Assembly (NCBI RefSeq): GCF_046119375.1
Contig: NW_027362762.1
Location: 654,038,001 to 654,102,000, forward strand
DNA from: Phyllobates terribilis
Lineage: Eukaryota
Direction: 5' to 3'
DNA length: 64,000 bases
Both the position numbers and the translations under genes were made by a program. Below are positions 1 to 10,303 of this stretch, in pieces. Numbering within the stretch: the stretch's first letter is position 1; every line of letters starts with the position of its first letter. The notes beneath the pieces were generated by a model. That model was not told the origin of the DNA, made no database searches, and worked only from the letters and a program-made list of their open reading frames with translations.

Positions 1-2343
1 CAAAGTCGTGCATTTGTGGAGCAATGCATGCTACACTTCAAGTTCTACCCTCTATGTTTTCCCACCGATCGGGTTAAGGTGGCATTCATTATGTCTTACC
101 TGGCGGGTGATGCCTTGGAATGGATCAACCCCCTATATGAAACACAGGATCCGATCCTTCTGGACCTAATGGCCTTCCTGGTGGCCTTTCTAATGGTCTT
201 CGATGATCCTAACCCGGAGGCTCCTGCTGAAGCTTCACCTCCCAATATCCCGGAGCAGCCCCGATGGGTAATGTGTGTGGGTAGCGCAATAGTCCTCCAG
301 CCCAATGAGACTACTGCCCACCCAGAATCCTCACAGGGTGACTACGCTTTCCGGAATACTTCTCCCAACCTCAAGAGGCAGTCCAGACGTGCTAGACGTA
401 GAGGCAAGCCGTCACGCCAGGGTCTGTCCTCCCTGAGACCTCCTGACCCCAACCTTGAAGTCCCTACTGAAGCTTCATCTCCCTGTATCCCGGAGAAGCC
501 CCAACGGGTAATGTGCGTGGGTAGTGCTCCGGTTCTCCTGCCCGAAGAGACTTCTGCCCATCCAGACTCCATACAGGAGAACTTCCTGCACCCGGCATCA
601 GATGCTTCACCCACTTTAACCGGTGTGCATGTCCAAGGATGCTCCAAAGCTGTGGTTACCTCTGAGTCTGTGCACCTCTACTACCTGGCGGAGGACCCCC
701 TGTTGCCTCCTGAATCCTCCGGGATACCACTCGATGACAAATGGAGAGAGACTTCTCTACACTCGGTACTCGATACTTTGTCCGCTTCGTCCTGTGAGCC
801 TGGCAATCGGTACCCCAAAGTGGTAGTTACCCCCGAGTCTCTACACCCCTCCGACCAGGCGGAGGACCTCCAGTTGTCTCCAGAACCCTTCGGGGTGCTA
901 CCTGGTAGCGAAAGGACAGAGACTCTCCTATACTCTGTACCTGATACCTCGCTCGCTTCGTCCAGTGAGTCCAACCTAGTGTACTCCGAAGCAGAGGTTA
1001 CTCCCGAGTCTCTACACCCCTCCGACCAGGCGGAGGACCTCCAGTTGTCTCCAGAACCCTTCGGGGTGCTACCTGGTAGCGAAAAAACAGAGACTCTCCT
1101 TTACTCTGTACCTGATACCTCGCTCGCTTCGTCCAGTGAGTCCAACCTAGTGTACTCCGAAGCAGAGGTTACTCCCGAGTCTCTACACCCCTCCGACCAG
1201 GCGGAGGACCTCCAGTTGTCTCCAGAACCCTTTGGGGTGCCACCTGGTGGTGAATGGACAGAGACTTTCCTATATCCTGGATCTGATACCTCGCTTGCTT
1301 CGTCCAGTGAGTCCGACCTTGTGTACTCTGAAGCAGAGGTTACCCTTGAGTCTCTACACCCCTTTGACCAGGCGGAGGACCTCCAGTTGTCTCCAGAACC
1401 CTTCGGGGTGCCACCTGGTGGTGAATGGACAGAGACTTTCCTATACTCGGTACCCGATACCTCGCCTGCTTCCTCCAGTGAGTCCGACCTAGTGTACTCT
1501 GAAGCAGATGTTTTCTCTGAGCCTCTGCACTCTTCTGACCCGGCGGAGGACCTCCAGTTGTTTCCTGAATTCTCCGGGGTACCACCAGATAACAAAGAGA
1601 CAGTGACTTTTCCTCATTATGTACCTGATAACCCGTCTATTTCTTCCTGTGAGCTTTACAAGATGTACCTCGAAGCAGAGATTACCCCCAAGTCTCTGTC
1701 CCCCTCCAACCCGGTGAAGGACTTCCAGTTGTCTCCTGTACCCTCTGGGGTGCCACCTGAAAATATGTGGAGAGAGACTTCCTTGTGTGCTGTTCCTGGT
1801 ACTCCACCCGTTTCGTCTGTTGCTAAGGATGGCTGGATAGGAGGTAGCATCCTAGCTAACCAGATGAGATCAATTTTTCCTGTGGACAGTGGAAGTGATC
1901 TCCTTGAAGTGAACTGGTCCTCGAATTCCCTGCGGAAGATTCTGGCAGGCCTGAAGAAGAGGGGGCGTAAGGGGGGGGGTACTGTAACATACCTGGCGGC
2001 GTCCTTGCATGGTGGTCCATCTCCCACTGTGCAAGAGCGCGCACTTGATCTCCAGTCCAGAATGTCTCTCTGGCTTCCCTCCTTGCTGTCTGTTTGTCTG
2101 TTTTGGCTGCATAGGGCGACGCCCGCTGAACTTCCTGTTTCTTGTACCTGCTGCGGACACGCCCCTGTTGCACCTTCAGCCTATTGCTGTCCATCTTTGG
2201 GTATTTATACCACCTTCTTCCTCAAGATGGCGCCTGAGCATTGTGTCCTGTCAGTCGGCTTTTTGTCTCTGACATGCCAGGTCCTATCCTGTTTTCCTGC
2301 CTGTTTTCCAGTTCTGTGTCTGAACTGTGGTCTGTTCTTGTGA
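1..2343 (+). CDS. Ty3/gypsy Gag-like (RTL/LDOC1/PEG10-type capsid domain) protein with Ser/Pro/Glu-rich repeats; open from the window start and running through the PPT into the LTR
   Basis: The N-terminus QSRAFVEQCMLHFKFYPLCFPTDRVKVAFIMSYLAGDALEWINPL...FLMVFDDP resembles the retrotransposon Gag capsid motif. It is followed by two copies of a unit with an 80-aa period (208 and 448) and seven 57-aa repeats. There are no protease, RT or integrase motifs. The part after 1983 is LTR read-through. Confidence 0.75.
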   Translation, partial: QSRAFVEQCMLHFKFYPLCFPTDRVKVAFIMSYLAGDALEWINPLYETQDPILLDLMAFLVAFLMVFDDPNPEAPAEASPPNIPEQPRWVMCVGSAIVLQPNETTAHPESSQGDYAFRNTSPNLKRQSRRARRRGKPSRQGLSSLRPPDPNLEVPTEASSPCIPEKPQRVMCVGSAPVLLPEETSAHPDSIQENFLHPASDASPTLTGVHVQGCSKAVVTSESVHLYYLAEDPLLPPESSGIPLDDKWRETSLHSVLDTLSASSCEPGNRYPKVVVTPESLHPSDQAEDLQLSPEPFGVLPGSERTETLLYSVPDTSLASSSESNLVYSEAEVTPESLHPSDQAEDLQLSPEPFGVLPGSEKTETLLYSVPDTSLASSSESNLVYSEAEVTPESLHPSDQAEDLQLSPEPFGVPPGGEWTETFLYPGSDTSLASSSESDLVYSEAEVTLESLHPFDQAEDLQLSPEPFGVPPGGEWTETFLYSVPDTSPASSSESDLVYSEADVFSEPLHSSDPAEDLQLFPEFSGVPPDNKETVTFPHYVPDNPSISSCELYKMYLEAEITPKSLSPSNPVKDFQLSPVPSGVPPENMWRETSLCAVPGTPPVSSVAKDGWIGGSILANQMRSIFPVDSGSDLLEVNWSSNSLRKILAGLKKRGRKGGGTVTYLAASLHGGPSPTVQERALDLQSRMSLWLPSLLSVCLFWLHRATPAELPVSCTCCGHAPVAPSAYCCPSLGIYTTFFLKMAPEHCVLSVGFLSLTCQVLSCFPACFPVLCLNCGLFL
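652..1830 (+). repeat. 171-bp (57-codon) in-frame coding tandem repeat, about 7 copies
   Basis: The equivalent codon recurs at 664, 835, 1006, 1177, 1348, 1519 and 1690 (period 171). The central copies are nearly identical and the outer ones are diverged. Confidence 0.95.
1955..1982 (+). other. Polypurine tract (PPT) of the LTR element
   Basis: AAGAAGAGGGGGCGTAAGGGGGGGGGTAC lies immediately before TGTAAC. The same GGGGGTAC|TG junction occurs on the minus strand of the two chromoviruses. Confidence 0.8.
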
Positions 2344-2399
2344 ACACGCTTCTTGCCTGTTCTTTCGCCTTCTAGGGGCCGTATTCCTAGATCTGCCTG

Positions 2400-2645
2400 T
2401 CTGTGCCTTGCGGTATCTGTTCCCGTCTGAACAGAGTCCTGTTTGTGTCTCTGCCTTGCGGTATCTGTTCCCGTCTGAACAGAGTCCTGTTTGTGTCCCT
2501 GCCTTGTGGTATCTGTTCCTGTCTGAACTGAGTCCTGTCTATTTCTCCTGTCTTGCAGTATCAGTTCCCGTGTCTGAACTGAGTCCTGTCTATGTCTCCT
2601 GCCTTGCGGTATCAGTTCCCGTGTCTGAACTGAGTCCTGTCTGTG
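2400..2645 (+). repeat. 48-50-bp tandem repeat, about 5 copies, inside the LTR
   Basis: GCCTTGCGGTATCTGTTCCCGTCTGAAC recurs at 2405, 2453 and 2501, with diverged copies beyond. Confidence 0.85.
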
Positions 2646-3116
2646 TACTCTTGCCTGCTGCCTTTCCTGGAGGCTGTATTTCCAGGCCTGTCTGAACACG
2701 CTCCTTGCCTGTTCCTCCCGCCTTCTAGGGGCCGATTACCTAGATCCGTTCCTGTATCTTGTCTGTCCTGTCTGAACACGCTCCTTGCCTGTTCGTCCCG
2801 CCTCTCTGGGGGCCGTATTCCCAGACCCGCTCCTGTATCCCGCTGCAGTGTCGGTCTCTTCCGTACACTCAGTTCCAGTCTGAACTCTCTCCTATCCTTT
2901 ACCTGTTTTGCCTCTATGTCCGTTCCTTTCCTTTTTCTGCAGAGTCTGAACTCGTACCTAACTCCTGCTTGTTGTCTCTGTACTCCCGTTTGTGAGTTTG
3001 TGGTCCACTTGCTACTTCACTGCAAATACCCTGTGGGTATCTGGCTCTGCCTTTCCCTTCCTGTCTGTTCCGTGTGAACAGAGCCCTGTCCGTCCTGCTC
3101 TGACTCCTTGCTCACT

Positions 3117-3455
3117 GCTCCGGCAGCCTTGCTCCGCTCTGACCCTTTTGCTCACTGCTCCGGCAGCCTTGCTCCGCTCTGACCCTTTTGCTCACTGCTC
3201 CGGCAGTCCTGTCCTGCCCTGCTTCTGCCCGCTGCTTCGGCAGTCCTGTCCTGCCCTGCTTCTGCCCGCTGCTCCGGCAGTCCTGTCCTGCCCTGCTTCT
3301 GCCCGCTGCTCCGGCAGTCCTGTCCTGCCCTGCTTCTGCCCGCTGCTCCGGCAGTCCTGTCCTGCCCTGCTTCTGCCCGCTGCTCCGGCAGTCCTGTCCT
3401 GCCCTGCTTCTGCCCGCTGCTCCGGCAGTCCTGTCCTGCCCTGCTTGTGCTCGCT
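3117..3455 (+). repeat. 37-bp minisatellite x7, preceded by two 40-bp variants, inside the LTR
   Basis: GCTCCGGCAGTCCTGTCCTGCCCTGCTTCTGCCCGCT occurs at 3197, 3234, 3271, 3308, 3345, 3382 and 3419; the variants are at 3117 and 3157. Confidence 0.95.
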
Positions 3456-3923
3456 GCTCCTGCAGCCCCGTCCTGCTCTGTTCTTGCCCACCGCTTCGGG
3501 CGTTCCCTCTCTGCTGTGGTTGTCTACCGCATCTGCGGTTCTGTGACCCAGTCTGTACTGGGTCTTAACCTTTCTGTGCTCCAGCCCGTCCTTTCGGCCA
3601 GTACCTCCCTGCCTGCATACTCGCCTGTATCCACCCATCTGCATACCTGCCGTGTTTGCTTACATCCACCAGTCTGTGCCAGCCTAACCTGCCTGTTCCA
3701 GTAATCCCAGTGTGGGTCAACCCCCGTGTCCGGAGTTTGACCTGGAGTAGCACCTGGTCCCTCTGCCCGGTTTCTCCCTGGTGCACTGGCGTCGTATGCC
3801 GTCGTGCCACCTTGGTCGGATCGGCCAGATACTTAGTCACGCCCCTCCAGGCACTCTCCGGTCCATGGTCCAGTGGAACCACAACACCCGCACACGCCAG
3901 TCAGTCCGGGCGTGTGCATAACA

Positions 3924-4693
3924 CTGTCCAGCTCACTAGGGGACGTTGCTTTCACCTTGGCTTCAGCAGCCACCGGGGAAAAGGTGGATGCTGCAGGCAC
4001 TGGGGTGGCCCCACCCTGGTAACATTGGATAGCAGTTGTTTCCAGGGGCTGCAGTCCTTTTATAGCCATGTCCTTAAGGGTGTCAATGGTGGCATCTGGA
4101 TGATCCAGGGACCACCAACGCACAGTCGTGCTCTCCTCTTGAGACCTCAGTCCCCGGATAAACTGTTCCTTCAGCATTTTATTTTCATTATCGATGCTGG
4201 TTAGACTAACCTGTTTCAGAGCTCGCAGGGCCCCTTGTAAACGCCTGGCATAGTCCCGAACACTGTCCTCCAGTTGCTGAGAGCAGTTGTAGAACCTCAT
4301 CCGGAGGTCTGTCTCAGTACGATTCTCAAAGACAGTCTGTAACTTTTTAAAGATTGCGGACACTGACTCCTGGTCTGCGGCCGACCAGGTTTCTACTTCT
4401 CGCTCCGCAGCACTAGTCAATTGTCCCAATACAACAGCGGCTCTTTGCTTGCCTGTCATAGAGTACATGTCCAGTATACCGCATATTTTCCTTTTGAATC
4501 CAGACAGGGTATCTGGTTTGCTGCTGTACTGGGGGAGCCACTTCACTCCAGGGATGTACGGTAGGGCCATGGGTATGACAGGGGTTACAAGCCCTGCTGG
4601 TGGAGCGGCTGCTTCGGCCTGCTCGGCGCCGAGCGCGGGTTGAACATCAGGGCAGTTAACCGGTACTCCGGCGTTGTGCTGTTCTTCGGACAT
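3924..4693 (-). pseudogene. PNMA-like Ty3/gypsy gag, 3'-truncated by the LTR-element insertion
   Basis: The translation WLPQYS...FYNCSQQLEDSVRDYARRLQGAL...MLKEQFIRGL resembles PNMA/Gag capsid. The track ORF continues to 3833 only by reading into the inserted LTR. Confidence 0.8.
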
Positions 4694-5054
4694 TCTGGCA
4701 CCCCCCTAGCGAACCATGGCCTACCTTCTTTTCTTTTCTTCCGGTAGGCCGCAGCCACGCAGGTGACGGTCTTCTTCAGGACCTTGCGTCACTTGCATCC
4801 TACGTCAGAGCGCTCACCGGGCCTCCTTCCAGGACCTGGCGCTTCCTGGTTTGACGTCGAGGTGTGGGGCGTGTCCGTGGCTTCGCGCGCTTCAGCAGGT
4901 ACGCCTCTCAGTTTCCCACCATTACGCCCTTCTTCCCGCTCAGCGGCACAACAATGGCGGCGATCTTCGCCACAGTTAAAAACACAGTTCTGATTAAAGG
5001 CGCACAGTACCCGGTGGCAACGGGCACAACACTCCGCCGTTGCAGCGGGCACGG

Positions 5055-5073
5055 AATCCTGTTCATGACGCCA
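5055..5073 (-). other. Primer-binding site complementary to the tRNA-Ser(CGA) 3' end
   Basis: The minus strand reads TGGCGTCATGAACAGGATT. From memory the vertebrate tRNA-Ser(CGA) 3' end is AATCCTGTTCGTGACG-CCA, so there is one difference, which would be a G-U wobble. It lies upstream of gag and 8 nt from an LTR-end-like motif. Confidence 0.8.
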
Positions 5074-5081
5074 GGAAGAGA

Positions 5082-5125
5082 TGACGCGCCCAGGGGATGG
5101 GGACGACTCGGCTCCCGGGCCTTGT
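5082..5125 (-). mobile_element. Remnant of the 5' LTR end of the PNMA-gag element
   Basis: TGACGCGCCC matches the terminus of the solo LTRs at 35230 and 45844. Similarity fades quickly, so the far boundary is uncertain. Confidence 0.45.
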
Positions 5126-5269
5126 TGTTGGTTTTGGGGGATTCATTTGTATTGCTGGTTCACTTTTGCACTTTATATATATGTTTTGTGTCTGTATTGG
5201 TGGCTAATTGTCGGTTCAGCTTCAGTTTTAAACTTATGTATTAAAAGTTAATTTTTAATTTTTTAACGG

Positions 5270-7811
5270 ATCCTTGCTGTAAGTTGTTTACTCTCATTGG
5301 ATCGTTGTGCTCCTTGTTGGTCCTTGCTGATTCTATTGTCACGCTGTAAACACCAGCAGTAGTCTGCCATCATGTTTGTGTTCCATCTGCCTTGATATAT
5401 ATGTTGTAGCATCGGCGTCTCTGCCTCCTGCCCCCTGCCCGGCAGAGACGCCGTCCCCCATGCCACCGCGGTCCTGCTCCAGCATCTTCTGGCCTCCCTG
5501 CAGCTGCTGCTGGTGCACGCAGCTTCTCTGGCCCTGTGCTTAGGGCGCGCGCATGCTCCCACCCTCTTAAAGGGGCCGCGTGCCGTCCCCCTATAAAAGG
5601 CACCTCCTCCAATATGGAGGCGTCCATGCAAGGTTGTAGCTTTGTGTGTGATACTCTGCTTCAGCCCTCAGGTCCCGCTGCTTGCCTGACTACCAGTCCA
5701 GCCTGCCAGCCAGACTACAAGTCTAGCCCGCCAGCCAGACTACAAGTCCAGTCCGCCAGCCAGACTACAAATCCAGTCCGCCATCCGGACTACTAGTCCA
5801 GTCCGTCTGCTTGTCTACTCTCCAGCCCGACAGTCTGCCTACTGCCAGTCCGCGAGTCTGTCTATGGGCTCTGCCCACCTGCTTACCTGAAAGCACCTGC
5901 CTGTTACCTGCCGTGCCTGCCAGCCAGCCTACCTGGAGGCTCCTGCCTGTTACCTGCTGTGCCAGCCAGCCTACCTGGAGGCTCCTGCCTGTTACCTGCC
6001 ATGCCTGCCAGCCCGCTTACCTAGAAGCACCTGCCTGTTACCTGCCATGCCTACCAGTCAGCCTACCTGGAGGCGCCTGCCTGTTACCTGCCTTGCCTGC
6101 CAGTCCGTCTGCCTGGATCACCCATCAGCCTGCCTGCCGTGCTCATCTGCTGTACCGGTTAGTCCCTGCCTTCTGACCCGTGGAAGTCACCTGCTCTCAT
6201 ACAAGGTCGGTCCCCAGAGTAGCACCTGGTCCCTCTGCTCGATTCCTCCCTGTTCACGGAGTCGATTGAGCCACCGTATGACCTTGGTTGGTCCAAGTTG
6301 ATACTCAGTTACGCCCCTCTGGTCCCTCCTTGCACCGCAGCACCCGGATCCGTAACATATGTTCCATAGTCCGATGTCTTCGTAAAAGCGTTCTCCTTGT
6401 TCTTCACTCATATCTCCAAGATTGGAAGGAAAGTAGTTCAGGTGGCTAAGAAGGAAATGCAATTTGACACTCATGTTTGCTCCCAGTCTTAGAAAAGCAA
6501 TCAACAAATTTTGAACTAAAAGGTTATAATTTTTGGCCTTAAAGTTGCCAAGAAATTCTGTAATCATGTCAGAAAAAGCAGACCAAGCATCCTTTCTTAT
6601 GTTTTTTTATGGTATTAAGGAATTTTAAGGAAGACTAATTTGTGGGGCATCAAATATGCCAGCTTTCAACTTTTCGTGTGAAAGAGAAGTAAGTTTGATA
6701 CAGATCACTCACCATCTCAATCCAAAAACCTAATGAACTGTTTCATCAGTCCCCATTTCATATGCAGTGGAGGAGCAACATTTTCTGAGGATTAACAAGT
6801 GGTTCATTCTTGATAATCTTTTCACCAATCGTAAATTTCTCTCTAGTTGGCCATTCTTTCCTTGTATAATGTTCTGCCTTTACGCGGCTATCCCAAAGGC
6901 ACAAATAGCAAGGACATTTTATGTATCCGCTTTGTTGTCCTAGAAGAATCAATATAACCTTCAGGTCACCACATAAAATCCAGCAATGATCATTATGTTT
7001 GATTTTTGGAGAATGGTTCTCAATACATTCATAAGTTTCTTTCATATTTACCAAATATAGAATGGAGGCTAGAATATTGCCATTGTGAAGCAATACACAC
7101 TTTAGACCTCTCTTTGAAATGGTAATTAAAAGCCTCCATTCTTCAGTTAGATAACTATCAAAACCCATTAACTCAATAAGTTCTTTGACGTCGATGCAAT
7201 ATGCAACCTCCTCATCCATATGGAAATATTTCAGTAGATCTTTCTCTCTGTTACGATGCATCAATATGTTACTGGGAGCTAGCAGGTTCTTTTCCTTTAG
7301 CCTTGAACCAAGTAACTCAGTTGGCAACTTAGGCAGATCAAGATCTCGTACTCAGCTTGAGTGAAAAGCTGGCACATTCTGGTATAAACTTATGAGGTCA
7401 TGAAATCTTCGTCATCTCATCTTGGAAAAATTGGGCTGACAGAATTCATCGTCATCAGGAATTTCCAAAGTAGTGTAGATAGGTACAGGATCTTTGTCAC
7501 AGTGAGCAACTGGTCTTAGAGCTGAGGTGAGATTTGGCAACTGGATGGAAGATTTTGATTTTGTGTTTATGGCTGTGATATTTATCATGCAAAAGTAGCA
7601 TTCATCAACACGGTTTTGAGGCTCTCGCCACACCATTGGAACTCTAAAGCGGAGACTTTTTCCCTTACCCTTGGTCCACTGTCTCAGGTTTTCAGCACAT
7701 TTTCTGCACACTTTATGTGATGTCCAAAGTTTTTCCTGGTCCCCATTTTTATTTCCAAAATATGTAACATAACATACATAACATAATAAGTGTTACACAC
7801 AAAGCCACATA
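5270..7811 (-). mobile_element. Decayed Chapaev3-like (CMC) DNA transposon; transposase split by a solo LTR and cut at the 5' end by a Tc1
   Basis: Fragments include VPMVWREPQNRVDECYFC, LCGDLKV...LLGQQSGYIKCPCYLCLWDSR and MSVKLHFLLSHLNYFPSNLGDMSEEQGERFYEDI. On the other side of the LTR is YQGRWNTNMMADYCWCLQRD. There are multiple frameshifts. The family assignment is from recalled motifs, and the termini were not identified. Confidence 0.75.
5405..6357 (+). mobile_element. Solo LTR (953 bp, family A)
   Basis: TGTAGC...GTAACA with a 5-bp TSD TATGT (5400-5404 and 6358-6362). It contains a TATA-like TATAAAAG and internal short repeats, and is similar to 53074-54167. Confidence 0.92.
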
Positions 7812-9429
7812 CAGTTAGGTCCATATATATTTGGACAGAGACAAAATTTTTCTAATTTTGGCTCTAGACATTACCACAATGAATTTTAAACAAAACAATT
7901 CAGATGCAGTTGAAGATCAGACTTTCAGCTTTCATTTGAGGGTATCCACATTAAAATTGGATGAAGGGTTTAGGAGTTTCAGCTCCTTAACATGTGCCAC
8001 CCTGTTTTTAAAAGGACCAAAAGTAATTGAACAATTGACTCCAAGGCTATTTCATGGACAGGTGTGGGCAATCCCTTTGTTATGTTATTCTCAATTAAGC
8101 AGATAATTGCATTTGGAACGTTTTGCTGTGAAGTAAACATGTGGTCAAAGGAGCTCTCCATGCAGGTGAAACAAGCCATCCTTAAGCTGCAAAAACAGAA
8201 AAAACCCATCCGAGAAATTGCTACAATATTAGAATTGGCAAAATCTACAGTTTGGTACATCCTGAGAAAGAAAGAAAGCACTGGTGAACTCATCAATGCA
8301 AAAAGACCTGGGCACCCACGGAAGACAACAGTGGTGGATGATCGCAGAATAATCTCCATGATGAAGAGAAACTGCTTCACAGCAGCCAACCAAGTGAACA
8401 ACACTCTCCAGAAGGTAGGCATATCAATATCCAAATCTACCATAAAGAGAAGACTGCATGAAAGTAAATACAGGGGGTTCACTGCACGGTGCAAGCCACT
8501 CATAAGCATCAAGAATAAAAAGGCTAGACTGGACTTTGCTAAAAAAAAATCTAAAAAAGCCAGCACAGTTCTGGAAGAACATTCTTTGGACAGATGAAAC
8601 CAAGATTAACCTCTACCAGAATGATGGAAAGAGAAAAGTATGGCGAAATCGTGGTACAGCTCATGATCCAAAGCATACCACATCATCTGTAAAACACGGC
8701 GGAGGCAGTGTGATGGCTTGGGCAGCATGGCTGCCAGTGGCACTGGGTCACTAGTGTTTATTGATGATGTGACACAGGACAGAAGCAGCCGAATGAATTC
8801 TGATGTATTCAGAGCCGTACTGTGTGCTCAGATCAAGCCAAATGCAGCCAAACTGATTGGTCGTCGTTTCATACTACAGATGGACAATGACCCAAAACAT
8901 AAAGCCAAAGCAACCCAGGAGTTTATTAAAGCCAAGAAGTGGAATATTCTTGAATGGCCAAGTCAGTCACCTGATCTCAACCCAATTGAGCATGCATTTC
9001 ACTTGTTAAAGACTAAACTTCAGACAGAAAGGCCCACAAACAAACAGCAACTGAAAACCACCGCAGTGAAGGCCTGGCAGAGCATCAAAAAGGAGGAAAC
9101 ACAGCGTCTGGTGATGTCCATGAGTTCAAGACTTCATGAAGTCATTGCCAACAAAGGGTTTTCAACCAAGTACTAGAAATGAACATTTTATTTACAATTA
9201 TTTAATCTGTCCAATAACTTTTGGTCCCTTTAAAAACAGGGTGGCACATGTTAAGGAGCTGAAACTCCTAAACCCTTCATCCAATTTTAATGTGGATACC
9301 CTCAAATGAAAGCTGAAAGTCTGAACTTCAACTGCACCTGAATTGTTTTGTTTAAAATTCATTGTGGTACTGTCTAGAACCAAAATTAGAAAAATGTAGT
9401 CTCTGTCCAAATATATATGGACCTAACTG
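7812..9429 (+). mobile_element. Full-length Tc1-family transposon (1618 bp) with long TIRs
   Basis: CAGTTAGGTCCATATATATTTGGACAG...CTGTCCAAATATATATGGACCTAACTG with about 220-bp inverted repeats and TA on both sides. Confidence 0.95.
8139..9176 (+). pseudogene. Tc1 transposase (DD34E type) with frameshifts
   Basis: HTH N-terminus, [27 protein letters not shown]. It is split over three frames near 8545 and 8725. Confidence 0.92.
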
Positions 9430-10303
9430 TATATATGTCCTTTGGGTGTTGTCAAAAAACACAAATATAACAACATACTGACCAGCAAAGGGGTAACAAT
9501 GTTTCAACTTTTGACTTTCAGGCTACATATCTCACCATACACTAGTGCTTCGAATGTGAGACTACTATCATTTTATAGACAATCATCTTGGCTAGCTCAT
9601 ACATACTACAAAATACAACCTGTTCTCACATTTCCTAATAGCTCAGTGTCTTATTAGGTTGATTCCCAAGCGAAAGGTCACTGGTTTGAATTGAGGAGCA
9701 GCCATGAAGAAGATTTCAGAAGAAAAGAGAAACAGCATCATCCAGCTCATCGATAGTGATCTCCCGGCCAAGAAAATTGCCAAACTGCATCATGTGAGTG
9801 CCATGACAGTTGGAATAATACTAAATGAAGTCCATCCATTCAAAAGCCAAGAAGGGGACGTCCAGGCAAAATATTGGAGTCAACAAGTTGGCTCATCACA
9901 AGGTCTATCAGTTCTGGCGCGAAAAACAAGGCAGTGGATGTAGCTCATAAGCTTTATAATAGTGAACACGTTACACAAGTCTAGAATGGTAGCCCGAAAA
10001 AAGCTGAAGAACCCTCATATTCAATATCGTGATAAGAAACGTTAGCTCGAGTTGCAAAAAAGTATGAAAAGTGGACAGTAGAAGATTGGAAACGAGAGAT
10101 TTGGAGCAATGAGACAAAAGTGAATAGACTAGGCTCTGACTAGGCTCTGAACAAGGAAAAAAGGGGCTAATAGATCAAGAAAATGAGGGAACTGCCAAAT
10201 TCAATGGAGGAAGCCTGATTATATGGGGTTGTTTCACTGCCAAAAGCATTGGATACTTGACCAAGATCAATGGTGATCTCAATGCTGAGCTATATGTGAG
10301 TAT

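Larger units (their letters stand above)
1983..3923 (+). mobile_element. 3' LTR (1941 bp) of a pol-less LTR retrotransposon
   Basis: Starts TGTAAC after the PPT and ends ...CATAACA exactly where the minus-strand gag of another element is cut. Its terminal motifs are shared with the solo LTR at 5405-6357. Confidence 0.75.

Noticed and set aside
1-2343. Domesticated host RTL/PEG10-like gene
   Set aside because: It is followed directly by a PPT and LTR and is itself inserted in another retroelement's gag, so it is better read as part of a mobile element. No gene symbol was assigned.
2205-3882. Repetitive Cys/Ala/Pro-rich ORFs in the first LTR, and similar ones at 5811-6301 and 53507-54230
   Set aside because: They are translations of stop-poor GC-rich minisatellites whose periods (e.g. 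37 bp) are not multiples of 3.
5055-5073. tRNA gene
   Set aside because: Only the 3' 19 nt including CCA match. It is a retroelement PBS, not a gene.
7979-8566. Antisense and off-frame ORFs over TE coding regions (e.g. 7979-8566, 20886-21422, 26632-27222, 52601-53125)
   Set aside because: They are shadows of transposase or RT frames with no independent motifs.
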